The translations under genes and the position numbers were made by a program. From Eledone cirrhosa (lineage: Eukaryota), in NCBI GenBank assembly GCA_964016885.1, contig OZ024743.1:98022001-98086000 (forward strand): a DNA stretch of 64,000 bases, in the 5' to 3' direction. This document shows, piece after piece, positions 27,431 to 42,109 of the stretch. The first letter of the stretch is position 1. Every line of letters starts with the position of its first letter. Under the pieces are notes generated by a model, which did not search any database, was not told the origin of the DNA, and saw only the letters and a list, made by a program, of their open reading frames with translations.

Positions 27431-27725
27431 GGCGAATTGGCGGAGACGTTAGACCGTTGGATAGAATGTTTTGCGGTATTTATTTCGCTCACTGATTTCA
27501 AATCCTGCCGTCATTAACTCATCATTTCGAAGTCGATAAAGAAATGTACCAGTCAAATACTGGGGTTGATTCTTCCTCTATATCTCTCACTTCTATTCTC
27601 TCATCTCTCTCTATCCTTCTCTGGAAGAAATCTACTGTACTCAGACCTGGCGATGGGATGAGCTCCGCCTAGTTTAAAAAATACCTTAGAAACGCTTTAT
27701 GTCAATACAGCCTCCCTACGACTCC
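27431..27725 (+). mobile_element. SINE with main-family head/core and an alternative 3' tail
   Basis: Head and core, then a tail shared with ~45035-45345(-) and ~14190-14340(-). Confidence 0.7.
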
Positions 27726-27747
27726 CTCGGGGGTTACGGGGACATAC

Positions 27748-27787
<40 letters not shown>

Positions 27788-27804
27788 TTGTGTGTGGGGG
27801 GGGG

Positions 27805-27844
<40 letters not shown>

Positions 27845-28171
27845 ATATATATATATATCTAGGGTGGGTAAAATTCCCGAGATCCATGGACGAGTTCTCT
27901 CCAGCGGTCTCTGTCCCTCATTATCGCTGCCATTTCCTGCGTCTCCAAGAGACCAGTGTCTGTCCTTAGGACATCAACATATGTTAACCTCGCTCTTCCT
28001 CTTCAAGTGTGTCCATGCAGGGGCTCCCACAGGAGCACTGAGTGCAGTGTCAACTCTGGGTGTCGGTGAGCATGTCCAGCTGCCTCAGTCTCCTCTGTGT
28101 CACTTTCGAGCTAACTTTTGAATGACTCCCGAACAGCTCTGAGTTCTTTCTTTTTTCCATTACCATTATAA

Positions 28172-28258
28172 GGTCTCTGACGAGCCGTGGATTACAGAGT
28201 CGGGCTAGATCGATACAGATCGAACCTTGAGCTGATCAGTGGTGAAACGCGCGTCACC
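28172..28258 (+). ncRNA. Hammerhead motif with ~60-nt stem II (family IIb)
   Basis: CTGACGA (28177-28183) gccgt...gtggt GAAAC GCGC GTC acc. Stem I imperfect in this copy. Confidence 0.7.
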
Positions 28259-28458
28259 AACCAATAAACGTAATGAAGGAGTAACCACTCGTCCTTGTTT
28301 TATTTTACTATAATACACTCTGTCTAGCTCTACACAGAAGTGAACCTAAACATCGAGTGCTCACCCGGGTGAACCTACAGTAATTCCAAGTTACACTCCC
28401 TGGATATATATATATATTGGAAAATGTGGGAGATCCTTGGTACAGTTAGGTATATTTG

Positions 28459-29216
<758 letters not shown>

Positions 29217-29295
29217 ACAATTGAACGGGAACAAAACAGAGAGGCAGTACGAACAAAGGTTTATTAGTTTCACGCTCTTGAGAGTGGGGTGGTGG

Positions 29296-29340
29296 TGGGG
29301 AACGACGTTTCGGGCATAAGCCCTTCTTCGGGCGAAAAGT
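29296..29340 (-). ncRNA. Degenerate minimal hammerhead motif (family IV)
   Basis: Minus strand: CCGAAGA a gggc-ttat-gccc GAAAC GTC. Homologous copy at 55445-55490 (CTTATGA a gggc-ttgt-gccc GAAAC GTC). Confidence 0.5.
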
Positions 29341-29930
29341 GTGTGGGAAGAGAGTTCCAATGGTGTCTAGGGGAGTGGTGGAGAGACATATAGAAAAAAG
29401 GGGGTGAAAGGAAACGGTATAAATGAAATTAAATATAAAAGCATAATAAAAATAAAAATAAACATGAAATAGAACAAGTGGGGGAAGAGTGTGGGGCGTG
29501 TAGGGGTGGTGGCGGGTGGAGTGGGGAGAGGGAGGCGGGGTGTCCGAGCAGGGAGGGCTGAAGGTGGTGGTGTGTGTGTAGGTGTACGTGTGTGTGTGTG
29601 TGTGTGTGTGTGAAAGTAAGAGTTGGGGGAAGAACGGGCTATATATATCGAGAGAGAGATGTAGAATCCCGACCGCGACGCCAAGTAGTTTACATATCTC
29701 TATACCCACTCTGCATCTCGTCATCCATTGAGTACTCCCATAATTAGTGGTCTTCCCGGTCCCAGCACCGTAAGACTTTCTTTATATTTCGTTCATTTAT
29801 ACAGAATTATGCCTACCTAGCTAGACACCAGAATATTAAAACATACTTATACATGCGTGTGCCTCTGTCAGCGTATATATGCATATATATATATATATGA
29901 ATATATATGCATATATACGCACATTATATA

Positions 29931-29962
<32 letters not shown>

Positions 29963-30088
29963 ATTGGTGTGGGATGCTTAAAGCGTCCGTAAGCGGTAGG
30001 CTGTTTGAGCACTCGATGCTCTTACAGAGCAGAGTATGATATCACATAAGAAACGGAGAATCAGTGGTACGACGATTAAAATTTATTA

Positions 30089-30183
30089 GACATATTACAA
30101 TCGTTTCTCTGGCGACCAGCTCGAGGTACGATCGATGTAATGATCGAACTTGACTCTGAAATCGCAAGGTCTTCAGATACATC
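30089..30183 (-). ncRNA. Type I hammerhead with extended stem II (family IIa)
   Basis: Minus strand: gatgtat CTGAAGA [62 nt] GAAAC GATT GTA atatgtc. Confidence 0.8.
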
Positions 30184-30217
30184 TCGATTCCTAGGAAAAT
30201 GTGCTTCGTAGAATCGA

Positions 30218-30312
30218 GACGTATCTGAGGACCTTGCGATTTCAGAGTCAGGTTCGTTCATTACATCGATCGTACCTCGAGCTGGTCGCCAGAGAAACGA
30301 TTGTAATATGTC
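30218..30312 (+). ncRNA. Type I hammerhead with extended stem II (family IIa)
   Basis: gacgtat CTGAGGA [30232-30293] GAAAC GATT GTA atatgtc. 7-bp stem I, GUA triplet at 30303-30305. Confidence 0.82.
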
Positions 30313-30371
30313 CAATAAATTCCATTCGTCGCACAACTGATTCTCTTTTTTTCTGTGATATATATATATAC

Positions 30372-30445
<74 letters not shown>

Positions 30446-30566
30446 TGAAGAAAACGAAAAATCAGTGATGCATCTGGACTTAATTTATTGCGTGTTACAA
30501 TTGTTTCGCCGGCAGGTAGCTTGAGACATGGCTACCATTATACACAACTATATATATATATATATA

Positions 30567-32108
30567 TAGTAGAATAATCGAGTATCGAAAAATCGGCGCA
30601 CGAGTTCACGATAAACAAAATTCGAGATGAGCGGCAGAGGGCTCCATAATTCAGATAAATCAGAGCTATAACTATCGTTAAAATACCGTCACACGTAGAA
30701 TATGTCTACAATCAACCAAACGACCGAAAAATTGCGATATGGAAGATTCGGGACACTCAGATAAATTATCGATAAATCAATAAATCAAATGAATGTAAAA
30801 AGCATACCCGGACCCACTAGAGAGATGGTATATCTAGCTTCTTGGGTTTCTGTAAATCCTTAAACTGTCCTCTATCAGCTCACATAAAAATATAAGACTT
30901 AAGGACGACGGCGGACTGGAGTTTACTTCTTCAACGAGCTTTAGTCCGAACGAATGAAAAGACAAAAACCCAGGCTGAAAATACGCACATGGATTTCAGC
31001 AAGGGAGATAACCTTTAAATCCGCAAAAAATATTCGGGAAAATGTGGAATAACACATATCGAATAAGAGTGCTCAATAGACATGTTAAAATAAACAGGAG
31101 CTATTCATCATTTAATAGAATCGACAAAAAATGAACAATAAAATTAACTGGTCAATAGCTAGGTCTAGAGCTAAATATAGTAGAATAATCGAGTATCGAA
31201 AAATCGGCTCACGAGTTCACGATAAACAAAATTCGAGATGAGCGGCAGAGGGCTCCATAATTCAGATAAATCAGAGCTATAACTATCGTTAAAATACCGT
31301 CACACGTAGAATGTGTCTACAATCAACCAAACGACCGAAAAATTGCGATATGGAAGATTCGGGACACTCAGATAAATTATCAATAAATCAATAAATCAAA
31401 TGAATGTAAAAAGCATACCCGGACCCACTAGAGAGATGGTATATCTAGCTTCTTGGGTTTCTGTAAATCCTTAAACTGTCCTCTATCAGCTCACATAAAA
31501 ATATAAGACTTAAAGACGACGGCGGACTGGAGTTTACTTCTTCAACGAGCTTTAGTCCGAACGAATGAAAAGACAAAAACCCAGGCTGAAAATACGCACA
31601 TGGATTTCAGCAAGGGAGATAACCTTTATATCCGCAAAAAATATTCGGGAAAATGTGGAATAACACATATCGAATAAGAGTGCTCAATAGACATGTTAAA
31701 ATAAACAGGAGCTATTCATCATTTAATAGAATCGACAAAAAATGAACAATAAAATTAACTGGTCAGTAGCTAGGTCTAGAGCTAAATATAGTAGAATAAT
31801 CGAGTATCGAAAAATCGGCGCACGAGTTCACGATAAACAAAATTCGAGATGAGCGGCAGAGGGCTCCATAATTCAGATAAATCAGAGCTATAACTATCGT
31901 TAAAATACCGTCACACGTAGAATATTCTACAATCAACCAAACGACCGAAAAATTGCGATATGGAAGATTCGGGACACTCAGATAAATTATCAATAAATCA
32001 ATAAATCAAATGAATGTAAAAAGCATAACCGGACCCACTAGAGAGATGGTATATCTAGCTTCTTGGGTTTCTGTAAATCCTTAAACTGTCCTCTATCAGC
32101 TCACATAA

Positions 32109-32110
<2 letters not shown>
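30567..32110. repeat. 611-bp tandem repeat, ~2.5 near-identical copies, bounded by (TA)n
   Basis: agaataatcgag begins at 30571, 31182 and 31793 (period 611). Confidence 0.97.
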
Positions 32111-32156
<46 letters not shown>

Positions 32157-32495
32157 ATATATACACACATACATACATATATATGTACTATGGGTGGACT
32201 CGATATATTACTGCATAAGCAACACATGGTATTTTAGATACTTTTCTCTTACCAGTAATGATATGGTTATGTGATAAATGCTATGATTCCAACATAGTAT
32301 TGATTGATGATAATACGTCAAGTCACTATTTTAACTTGTCAGTTTCCAAATAAGATAATATCATCTCCTGTTTGTGTGTCAAATGCGTGACAACTATAGT
32401 TGGTATCGTCATCGGAATCGTTGTCACCGATCTTCTATTGTTTTTTGGTTTCAACATATATCTCCGTGCATTAATATAAGGGTAGCCAGCGTGCC

Positions 32496-32546
<51 letters not shown>

Positions 32547-32547
32547 T

Positions 32548-32583
<36 letters not shown>

Positions 32584-33899
32584 TGACATATATATATAAC
32601 ATATATATATACATATATTTACATATATATATGTGTGCTTGTATGTGTGTGTGTGCATGTGTGTGTGTCCTTGTGTGTATGCTTGTCATTTTCCTTGTAT
32701 GCATGTGTGTGTATCGCATCATTGCGTGCGTACGTGCATCCGTATTTATGTACAAATATGTTTGTGTGTTAGTGTGTGTGATTATGTATGGTGATGTGTG
32801 TGTGTGTGTGTTTCTTTCTCGTTATTTTATTTTTTATTGTAACTGTGTCTCGTTGGTTTCTGTTGCTGATAATGTATGATTTCTTTACGAAAGAACCAGA
32901 GAAAATTCTGCATAAACTACCTGTTATCTAGATATTATATTTTACTTATATATAACTATTTATTTAGCGTTTGATTTTTTTGATTTTTCATTCTCTCTTC
33001 CTGGTAATACTGTAGCATTAAGTAAGCATGTATTTAGAAATAGCTCATGTTTTCTTAAATTACTTAGTGAATCACATAAAACACGATTTCGCAATAGTTT
33101 TCCTACTTTGAGTTAAGTTACTACGCAAAATGGTTATAGCACTTGGAAAGTATAATCAAATGGGCGGTGGTGGCTTTACATTGAATACCTATCAATGACT
33201 CATTTAAATAGAACATTCTAAAATAATATTTCGCCCTTTGCTTAACGTTATTTTCAATTCGCTCTACAAAGTTTTCTTGTGTTTTTTAATGCAGTAAGTG
33301 ACATCCTTATTAGTAAACGTGAAAGCAATTTTGGAGACGGAATGGTGGATCCAATTAATGTTATTTGTATAACTATATTCCCAAAACCGACAAATATGAT
33401 GTAAATTTACGACGTAAAATGGTCTGAACCATATTATTGAGGAACCAGTGAGGGATCTTCTGTAGTAGTGATTCCTAAAGTTAACGCCCATTCGGAGTAC
33501 TGGCAAACAAGGGGATGACAAGGGTTCGTTGGAAAGCAAGGAATAGAAAGGGAGAAAAAGGGCAATGTATAAAAATTTGAGGTTGCTCAAAAAAATTTGG
33601 CAATAAACGTTTAAATAAAATACGAAATTTAATTTTCAGCGTATAATGTTTTATAAACTTTACTTTGGGGTTGTGTGTGTCGCTGATGAAATATATTCTT
33701 TAGAAAGGGGGACAGTAGTTCAGAAATTTGGGGAATTTTTGTTCTATATGTTCACTCAACTTGTAAGAAATAGCGGTCAGTTTCCTTCATAACACAACTT
33801 GCTGTCTTACAAAAGGTTACATTAAACACACCTGTCAGCTCTACCCGTCCGACACCTCTCACCCACTTAGATTTACGTCTACTTTTGTAAGCAGGTGTA

Positions 33900-34404
33900 A
33901 CCCCTTACAAAATCGGCAAGTGGGGTGTTTCAGGGATCTATCAGGACAGTTACACCTCCTGGTCGGCTCTCCACTGCTGTCTATGTTATTTCTTCCATAG
34001 GGGTTGAGTTTTTTGTTGTTAGAGGAGACGATGTTTTGTGCGAAGTTAGGTGTGGTGTTGTAGGAGAGTTTGATGGTGTTTTTGTTGATTATGTTGTGGT
34101 AGAGGTGTTGTAGTGGGAAGTGTTTTTCGATGAGCCTAAAGAAGATTTTCCCGATAGGTGTTGTCACCTCGGCATTGTGAGGAGGATTGAACTACGTTAC
34201 GTTGCGTGAGCAGCGGTGTCGCCAACTGGTTCGGCTAATGGAAGCTGGATAATAGGATATTTCCTCCCGGAAGCCACTCCGCTTGAGGGTCTGGTTGTAA
34301 TAAGGCGCGTGTTCGTCGAATATCTGCTCATTAGCGGACAAACGAGATATGCGGAGGGAGATGTTTTTAACCAGATTATTGGTGATGTTTCTAGGATGGT
34401 TCAA
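33900..34404 (-). pseudogene. Naiad-type Penelope-like element fragment (RT thumb/linker)
   Basis: NHPRNIT...ISRLS...YNQTLKRSGF...*FNPP...GKIFFRLIEKHFP...NTIKLSY...CNC. Homologous to 37772-39030. Confidence 0.85.
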
Positions 34405-35160
34405 CCGGCTTTGGTACCCCCACCCCCTAATTTTAAGATAGAATTGGCCGATTACGCCTTTTACAGCAGATGTGTTAGACCCCAGTAAATTGTTTTCTTT
34501 CTGGTTGCTGCTCCATTTCTGTGATTTCTAAATTTCTTAGTGGTATTTTTGTATTAGTATCTTTGTATTAGTATTTCTGTATTAGTATTCTGAATTAATA
34601 TTTCGAATTAGTATTTTTGTAGTAGTAATTTAGTATTTTTGTTTTTAACCTGTCATTGTAAGATAGCATTGGCTGATTGCTAACTAACTATAGCAGTGGT
34701 GTTAGACCCTCCGTAAGATCGGCTTTATAAAATTCTTTCACTACAATCTCATATTTAGTATTTTTCTCCACCTATTAAACTTTTCTATAGCTTAGCAATA
34801 CCAATGAGAGATTTGGTGATTGTGGGAGGGGAGTAGTAACCAGAAATTGTTTTTTATATATTTATTTCCTAATTTTTATAATGGTTTCGTTGTTTACTCC
34901 CTTTCGATTTACCCATTCTTTCAACTTCCCCCCACCACCTCCTCTTCTTCAGTACACTTTTCTCGACCTTCTATACACTATCCTTAGAATCTGCTGTATA
35001 GATTTCATTTTCAACGCTTGACTGGGTTCCCCCCACTCCCTCTTTGTTCTACCAGCAAATTCAGCTACCCCTACCTCCCACCAAATGCCATGTCTTTACA
35101 ACAAATTTTTTTGACCAATCCTTTTGACAATTACTATCTTCCCATATAAGGAATTACATC

Positions 35161-35265
35161 CTGAGAAGTTCGGCTATTTATTTACCAGGCTAAAAATTCT
35201 TATTTAGTCCAGAATTAGCCGTCGAAACGGCTTGAGCTCTTCCGTCGGGGTCATACTTGTTCCTA
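35161..35265 (+). mobile_element. Family V repeat with hammerhead-like remnant
   Basis: CTGAGAA gttcggcta...tagccgtc GAAAC GGCT. cggcta/tagccg can pair, but the core and cleavage site are non-canonical. Ends in (TA)n. Confidence 0.45.
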
Positions 35266-35358
35266 TATATATATATATATATACCTTATTCCGGGTTGAG
35301 TCGGAGGTAACCACAGTAAGTAAGGTACTCAATACATTGCAGAGTATAAAAGTTTTAA

Positions 35359-35459
35359 TATAGATGAGATTCTACAGGACTAGAACTGTTTCATTCTTTA
35401 GAAATCATCTTCCTGATGATTTCTAAAGAATGAAACAGTTCTAGTCCTGTAGAATCTCA

Positions 35460-35465
<6 letters not shown>
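35359..35465. repeat. Perfect ~105-bp palindrome containing a truncated hammerhead-like core
   Basis: tatagatgagattc...gaaatcatc ttcct gatgatttc...gaatctcatctata. The right arm reads CTGATGA tttctaaagaat GAAAC AGTT CTA. Confidence 0.9.
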
Positions 35466-35527
<62 letters not shown>

Positions 35528-35580
35528 GTTAAATAAGATAACAAGGACGATTGGTTACTCCTTCATTACGTTTATTGGTT

Positions 35581-35667
35581 GGTGACGCGCGTTTCGCCAC
35601 TGACCAGCTCAAGGTTCGATCTGTATCGATCTGACCTCACTCTGTAATCCGCGGATCGTCAGACCCC
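35581..35667 (-). ncRNA. Hammerhead motif with ~60-nt stem II (family IIb)
   Basis: Minus strand: gggt CTGACGA tccgc...gtggc GAAAC GCGC GTC acc. Homologous to 28172-28258, including the downstream tail. Confidence 0.75.
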
Positions 35668-35759
35668 TTGTAACGTTAATTGAAGAATGAATACATGCTG
35701 TATGATAAAGTCAGAAGTTCCTGGATATATATATATATATATATATTAAAATAACAGAT

Positions 35760-35869
<110 letters not shown>

Positions 35870-36086
35870 AGATGTCAACATGAAAGGATCTGTTATTTTT
35901 ATCTAAAGACATTTTTTTCCAATTCTAACCCGCCCGTCCCCTCAAACTATCTTTTTTCTCATTCTTTCTTCTGGTGAAGGACTAGCGTCCGAAACGTTGA
36001 GACCCTCTTCCTGCTATATCAAGCGTTAACCTAATATATCCCTTCCATATACCGATTGTGTTGTTATTTCTGTTTACCTTTTACAT

Positions 36087-36323
<237 letters not shown>

Positions 36324-37771
36324 AAAATAACAAAATAAGATGCTGAGGTTACATATATCATTTCGTGCAATCGAGATGTCCTTCATGCATTTGCTGTTGG
36401 TTATGAGAACGGTATCCTCAGATGAAAATCGATATGTTTGATATGTCGCTGGCAGGGAAAAAACACACGTCCTATTGCTTGTGTGCCCAGCAGACATATG
36501 AGTTCCTTGAACGATTTGCCAACCGTCGTGTTTGCTAGAAAAAGCTATCAACGAAAAAGACGAAAAAAACGAACAACTGTGTGTAGCCAAAACCCAGTAG
36601 ACAGTTGAAGCAGTAAATGAAGCTCTGACGATGGGTGGGGTATATATTTTGTTGACAACCACCAATAGACAACAACTACAACAACAACGACAACGACAAC
36701 AACAGCTAAATAATGACAATAACAGCAAACCGCCGACCAATATTGTCCACATTGGCCGCAATAGTCGTAGTGATATTACCACCCTACTGACAACAACTAA
36801 AGCAACAGCTAAAGTAAACACTTACAACAACAACAACAGCAACAACGACACCAACAGCAAAAACACAGAACACAGGCCGGAGCAGTCGTAGTGACGGTAT
36901 CATCCTGTCGAAAATAACAGCGAAAACGCTAAAGCAATAAAAAGGAGTTCAGAGGTAGGTGGGTACACAGAGTTGGTGGTATCAATCACCATGACCATAT
37001 ATAGCAACAACAACAATGGTAACGGCAACAAGCACCAACACCGCCCATCACCCACCCCGTTCGTCGTAGTAGTGGTGGTATCATTTATATTAGTATTAAA
37101 CCCATTGGTAACACCAACAACAACACCAGTGATGATCCCACCACGGTGACGGCGGCCACAGGAAAAGGCCTCGCTTGCATGAAAAATAAACTAACCACAG
37201 TAGTAGTCCGTTGAAAGAAGGAAGCGAAAATGGGATAGAAACATAGATGGGTCATCATCATCATCGTTTAACGTCCATCTTCCACGCTTTGAATGGGTTT
37301 TTATAAATATAAATAACGCTTGCATGGGTATTTATAAATATAAATAAATACATGCACAGTTAATACAATCCTCTCTATCATTCTAAGGCACAAGGCTGGC
37401 AATAGTTATAGTGCAGAAAAAACGGTTAACCACAATAGCATTCAGTCTTAACTAAAGTGGCAACAATACTATTAAAAGGGCTGTTAGGCTCTGGAAGAGA
37501 GTTACGGGAAGCGAAGGTAGGGACAGGAACAAGCAGATAAGAAATCGAGAACACATAAAGAGAACACAATAATAAAAGAACGGGACAAATATACATAAAA
37601 AACAACAGTAGGTATATAAACAGATAAATAAGGAACAAGGGACAAGAAGCATGTATACACAGAGATTCCAGGTGAGCAAACAAGATATCCATGGTTTGCC
37701 TGACGCTGGGTTGTTGTGTGGCCACGCTCGGCCTCCACGGTCAAGTTTGCAATAGTCTTCAACTAGTACAA

Positions 37772-39030
37772 CTATGTTGTTAGTCCGTACAGTTTGAGGA
37801 AGGTTCCAGATGATCTGTGGAGGCAAGTGCTGAAGAGGTTACTCCTTTTATTGATAACTCGAGCTCCCCTCTCGATTATTTCCATAATCTCGGTGACACA
37901 CAAATAGCACGAGTCATGTCCACCCCCTCTGTAGAGTTGGGCTGAGGCTACCTTAGACCACGACAATGTGTATTCTACGTTATCCTGTTTGAGACGCCAC
38001 ACCAGTTCTGAGAGGGTGGTGCTGTGATTCTTATCAACTCTCTTAAAGGTGTGGCAGTGATTGAACCAGCGTTCCTTAAATTTATTAGCTGTGGCTCCGA
38101 TATAGGTGAATGTTTGGTTGTTGGTATTCACCCTACATTCATATACTAAGCCACTGCCGAGGCACCTACCCTCCAGGGGGAAGTTACTGGGGTTTCTACA
38201 ATTACAGCCCGGAGCGGTGTTGCCGCCCAGATCTCCGGATCGCGTTATATGATTCCTCGGTCTTTCACGGTTTAATATGTTACCAACAGAAGAAGGGGTA
38301 TTTGAGAGGTGCGTCTCCTCACGGTTGCTGTTTTCCCTGGACTTGCGGACGTTTTTTAATCTACTGCGGTTTAAGGCTTCTATATTTTGCGTTAGGTTTC
38401 TAGTTGTGGAGTAGGACAATTTAACCGTGTGCCTGTTGAAAATGGCGTGGTACCGGTGTTGCTTATGGAAGTGCTTATCCAAAGCCCTGAATAAAGAGGC
38501 CGCTATGTTGTTGCGGAAACAAGGGCGGGGTTAAACCAAATGGCATTACAGGAACGGGTTCGCTTCCTGTTGTAGTCACCAGTCCCTGCACCCGTTCCCT
38601 CAGAGTATGTTACGTATTCGCTGTGGACGTCTGGAAGAGCCATGTCCCCCAATTCGTCGTTGCCCGTGGGTTTGGTTACGCCGATCGGAGCACCCGGAAC
38701 TCAGTGGTCTCCGTTCATAACGAGGGAGGCGGTTTGTATCTTCCACGCTCACTCCCGGGCCCACACATGTCCTCCGCGTCTCCACCGCGTAGGCTTCCTT
38801 GTTTTCCAATGTAGGCGAGGTCCGGTCACTCCCTAATAAGCCATGGTTAGCAGTTCCTCCAGGATTACTCTGTAGCGTGGTATCAGGGATGAGTAATAAA
38901 GTTCTAGTCGTGTTGGTCCCGTCGTTGTTTCCTACCGATGTGTTACTCTCAGCAGTAACGTAATTCATTAGACTGGGTATAAACTTAATTTCTTCCTTGT
39001 AACCTGCATTGTTAAGGGCATTATTATAAT
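37772..39030 (-). pseudogene. Naiad-type Penelope-like element, thumb-linker-GIY-YIG endonuclease, 5'-truncated and frameshifted
   Basis: YNNALNNAGYKEEI...IWFNP...KHFHK...TVKLSYS...CNCRNPSNFPLEGRC..LVYEC...YIGATANKFKERWFNH...CYLCVTE...NKRSN...CLH. Confidence 0.92.
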
Positions 39031-39096
39031 GTATATACATATATATATATATACAATGATATTTAATAAATGGAAACTATATTTTAAAACCATATT

Positions 39097-39157
39097 TATC
39101 CTATTATATATATTTCAAGGGTACCAAAACTTTGGTATGCTCTCATCAGATAAAATA
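39097..39157 (-). ncRNA. Type I hammerhead ribozyme (family I)
   Basis: Minus strand: tattttat CTGATGA gagcatacca-aagtt-ttggtaccctt GAAA TATATA TA ataggata. Confidence 0.82.
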
Positions 39158-40798
39158 CAAAGTTTGTTTTATAAATGTTGACATAACCAAGAAAAGATAC
39201 CTTAACGGTTCAAGTTTTTTTTTGGATAGTGAAGAAAAGTCAGATATTTCAAATTATTAAGGTGAGTATGCAAATGAGGTTGAGGTATAGGGCTGAAAAA
39301 ACGTTATTTTAGACGCTATGCAGAATTTAAATAATTAGGATATATGTATGTATGAGTAGGAAGAAGAAGAAAAGAAATAATTAGGATATATTTACGTTAA
39401 TTTAAAAGGAATTAACAATTTCGGGAATGGTGGAATATGATTCCAGAATTTAAATTTATTTAGCTATATTATGAGCTATAATATTGTATATATAATCAAT
39501 TAGATTATATGAAGAATTATGGTTGTAAGTAGATTTTATCTTATTACATTACAATGGGTTGTAAGTATATAAATATCTATATAGATTATTAATTGTGCAT
39601 GTATAAGTATTATAGAAATAGAAATAATTTACAATTATTAGTTGTTTATATTTCTAATATGAGTTACGAATGAAGTTGATTTTGCATTTTACATTAAAAA
39701 AAACACATAGTTCAAGTTGTAAGAGGTGAATACTTTGTAGATTCAAATATTTTGTTCCAACATTGAAAATATCTTCAGAATATTGTTAATTTAGCGAAGT
39801 TATATAGTTTATCATACATATTATATTATAATATAATGTTTATGTTTGCACGATTGAAAAGGGAAAGATAACTCCAATCTTGTTTGTTAACCGTTAAATT
39901 TGATGAATGATTTACTCAGAAAATATATAGAGAAAATTATATATTATTTTGTGTGAGATTAATTTCAATTTTAGTCGAAAGATGTGTGAAAGTTTGAAGA
40001 GGAAAAAAGTAATGTGCATTTCGAAGAACTATCGTAAAGAGGATAAACTTTCAGAATGTCAATTAAAGATTATCAATCTACATCTAAAAAATATATTTAG
40101 AGTGGTATCATTAAGAAAATAATGTCAAAAGGTAAAAATAGTAAAAAATATATTTAAAAATTAATGTCAAATGGTAAAAATAGTAGAAATATTAAAAGTT
40201 AAGAAGGAAGATCATTTAAAAACTTTAAATTTAAATTTTTAAAGAAAATAGGATCATTTTGAAGGGGTATAAGATCTAGTCAAGGATAATGAATATCATA
40301 ATATATATGTATGTATATATATATATATATATATAAATGTGTGTGTGTGTCTGCGTGTGCATAATTTTTCACTGGCTTTTTAAGACAGTTGGCATTTCTC
40401 GGTATATAACGTACAGGAAGAATTTCGTTCCTTTGTCCTTCTCTGATCAATTTATATAGCAACCACTGAGGATATCAACGACTGCTATATATTGTCTAAA
40501 CGAGTAGCTAACTGTAGCTGGAGCAACAGTAGTATATGAATCACATACATGACTCAGCGGGATTTGAACTGATATGAACGACTCAAACTAAATGTAATAT
40601 TCGCTCGAGCGCATTCCATTCATTCTCTTTGATTCACTCTATATTTATATATGTATGTGGGGATGGATGTGTCTGTGGTGTTTACGCGTGCACATGTCCC
40701 TATATATTTATGCAGATGTCTATATCTGTGTGTATGTATAGGATTGTAGAAGTATAAATATATATTTATATAAATATATACATATAAATATATATATA

Positions 40799-40829
<31 letters not shown>

Positions 40830-40845
40830 TTATACACACACACAC

Positions 40846-40907
<62 letters not shown>

Positions 40908-41014
40908 ATATATATGTGTATATATATATATATATACACACGTGTGCATATGTGTGCGCGCCACGTGTGTGTTCCTGTTTCGCTGTGTGTAAGTGCTTGT
41001 GCACTCCGTGTGGT

Positions 41015-41086
<72 letters not shown>

Positions 41087-42109
41087 GTCTGTGTATGTGG
41101 TTGTATGTCTGTGTCTGTGTTTAAAATAAAGTGCAAGAAAGAATATAAAAGACAGTAATTAAAAGAGAAATGAAGTAATGTTAAAATGAATGAATCGATG
41201 AATACATGAATAAAATGGGAGAATGGGAAGATGTGAAATAAGAAGAGTATGAGGACAAAATAAGACAAAGAACATGATATAATAAATGGCTAAGAAATAC
41301 AGAGACGCTGAAAAATAATATAAAGAGAACATTTTGTGGTAGGAGTAGACGATAGGAAGATATACCTTCCCTTTTCAGTTTTATAAATTTGGTTATTGAA
41401 TGGTTTCTATAACAGGACAATTCATGTGATTTTCCTCTCACACCATTGAAATTAGAATCTTAGAATTATGTCAAACACAGTAACAATTATCTCAGATTGC
41501 TTTCATATCTCTCGCTTCCCTATAGTACAGCTGTATTGTTGGCCAATAGCAAACGGCTTCGTTGAGAGCGAGCGAAATTCTATTCTATTCTAGGCGTCAA
41601 ATAAGATATTCCCTTCAGACGATATCACAAAACCAGATGTAAGCAGATGTAGAATTAACTACTGTCTTGTTTTTCCACTTCAGTTTTTTTTTATTTTTAT
41701 TATTATCTGTTCTTTTCCGGTAAATATTTTATCATATGACAAGCTGGTGAATGCTCTAAGTCTAACTATTTGTAACATGTATCCTGAAACAAATATACCG
41801 GTGTAACTGTCACTTATATAAAAATAGCCCTGTTTAAAAGGAATTGTTAAAATATTGTATTATATACTTTCTTCTCGCGGGCTCCCTCAATACATTAACC
41901 TCTAATATTTCAAACTATATATTTATAACACTAATCTAACCTATCTTTTTCTGTATTTCCGGGTTCGGATGAAACGCCTAGCGGTATTTAGTCCGAGAGG
42001 ACTACAATGGACAATTTGCGCAATGATATCATAATAGATATTTCATAATGTTTTGTTATCTTATTTGTTTATCAATTCAGTCGCTGTTTTCTAATTTGCT
42101 CTGCTATCT

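Larger units (their letters stand above)
30039..30361. repeat. ~320-bp palindrome with a hammerhead in each arm
   Basis: Arms ~150 bp are reverse-complementary around a ~20-bp spacer at ~30190-30211. Confidence 0.95.

Noticed and set aside
35965-36005. CTGGTGA a ggac-tagc-gtcc GAAAC GTT
   Set aside because: Probably a decayed family IV-like hammerhead, but the core is mutated and stem I does not pair, so it is not listed as a ribozyme.
37685-37770. TTGAAGA...GCAAAC CATG string just 3' of the Naiad ORF on the minus strand
   Set aside because: The position suits a terminal-repeat hammerhead, but GAAA and the cleavage triplet are absent; too degenerate to call.
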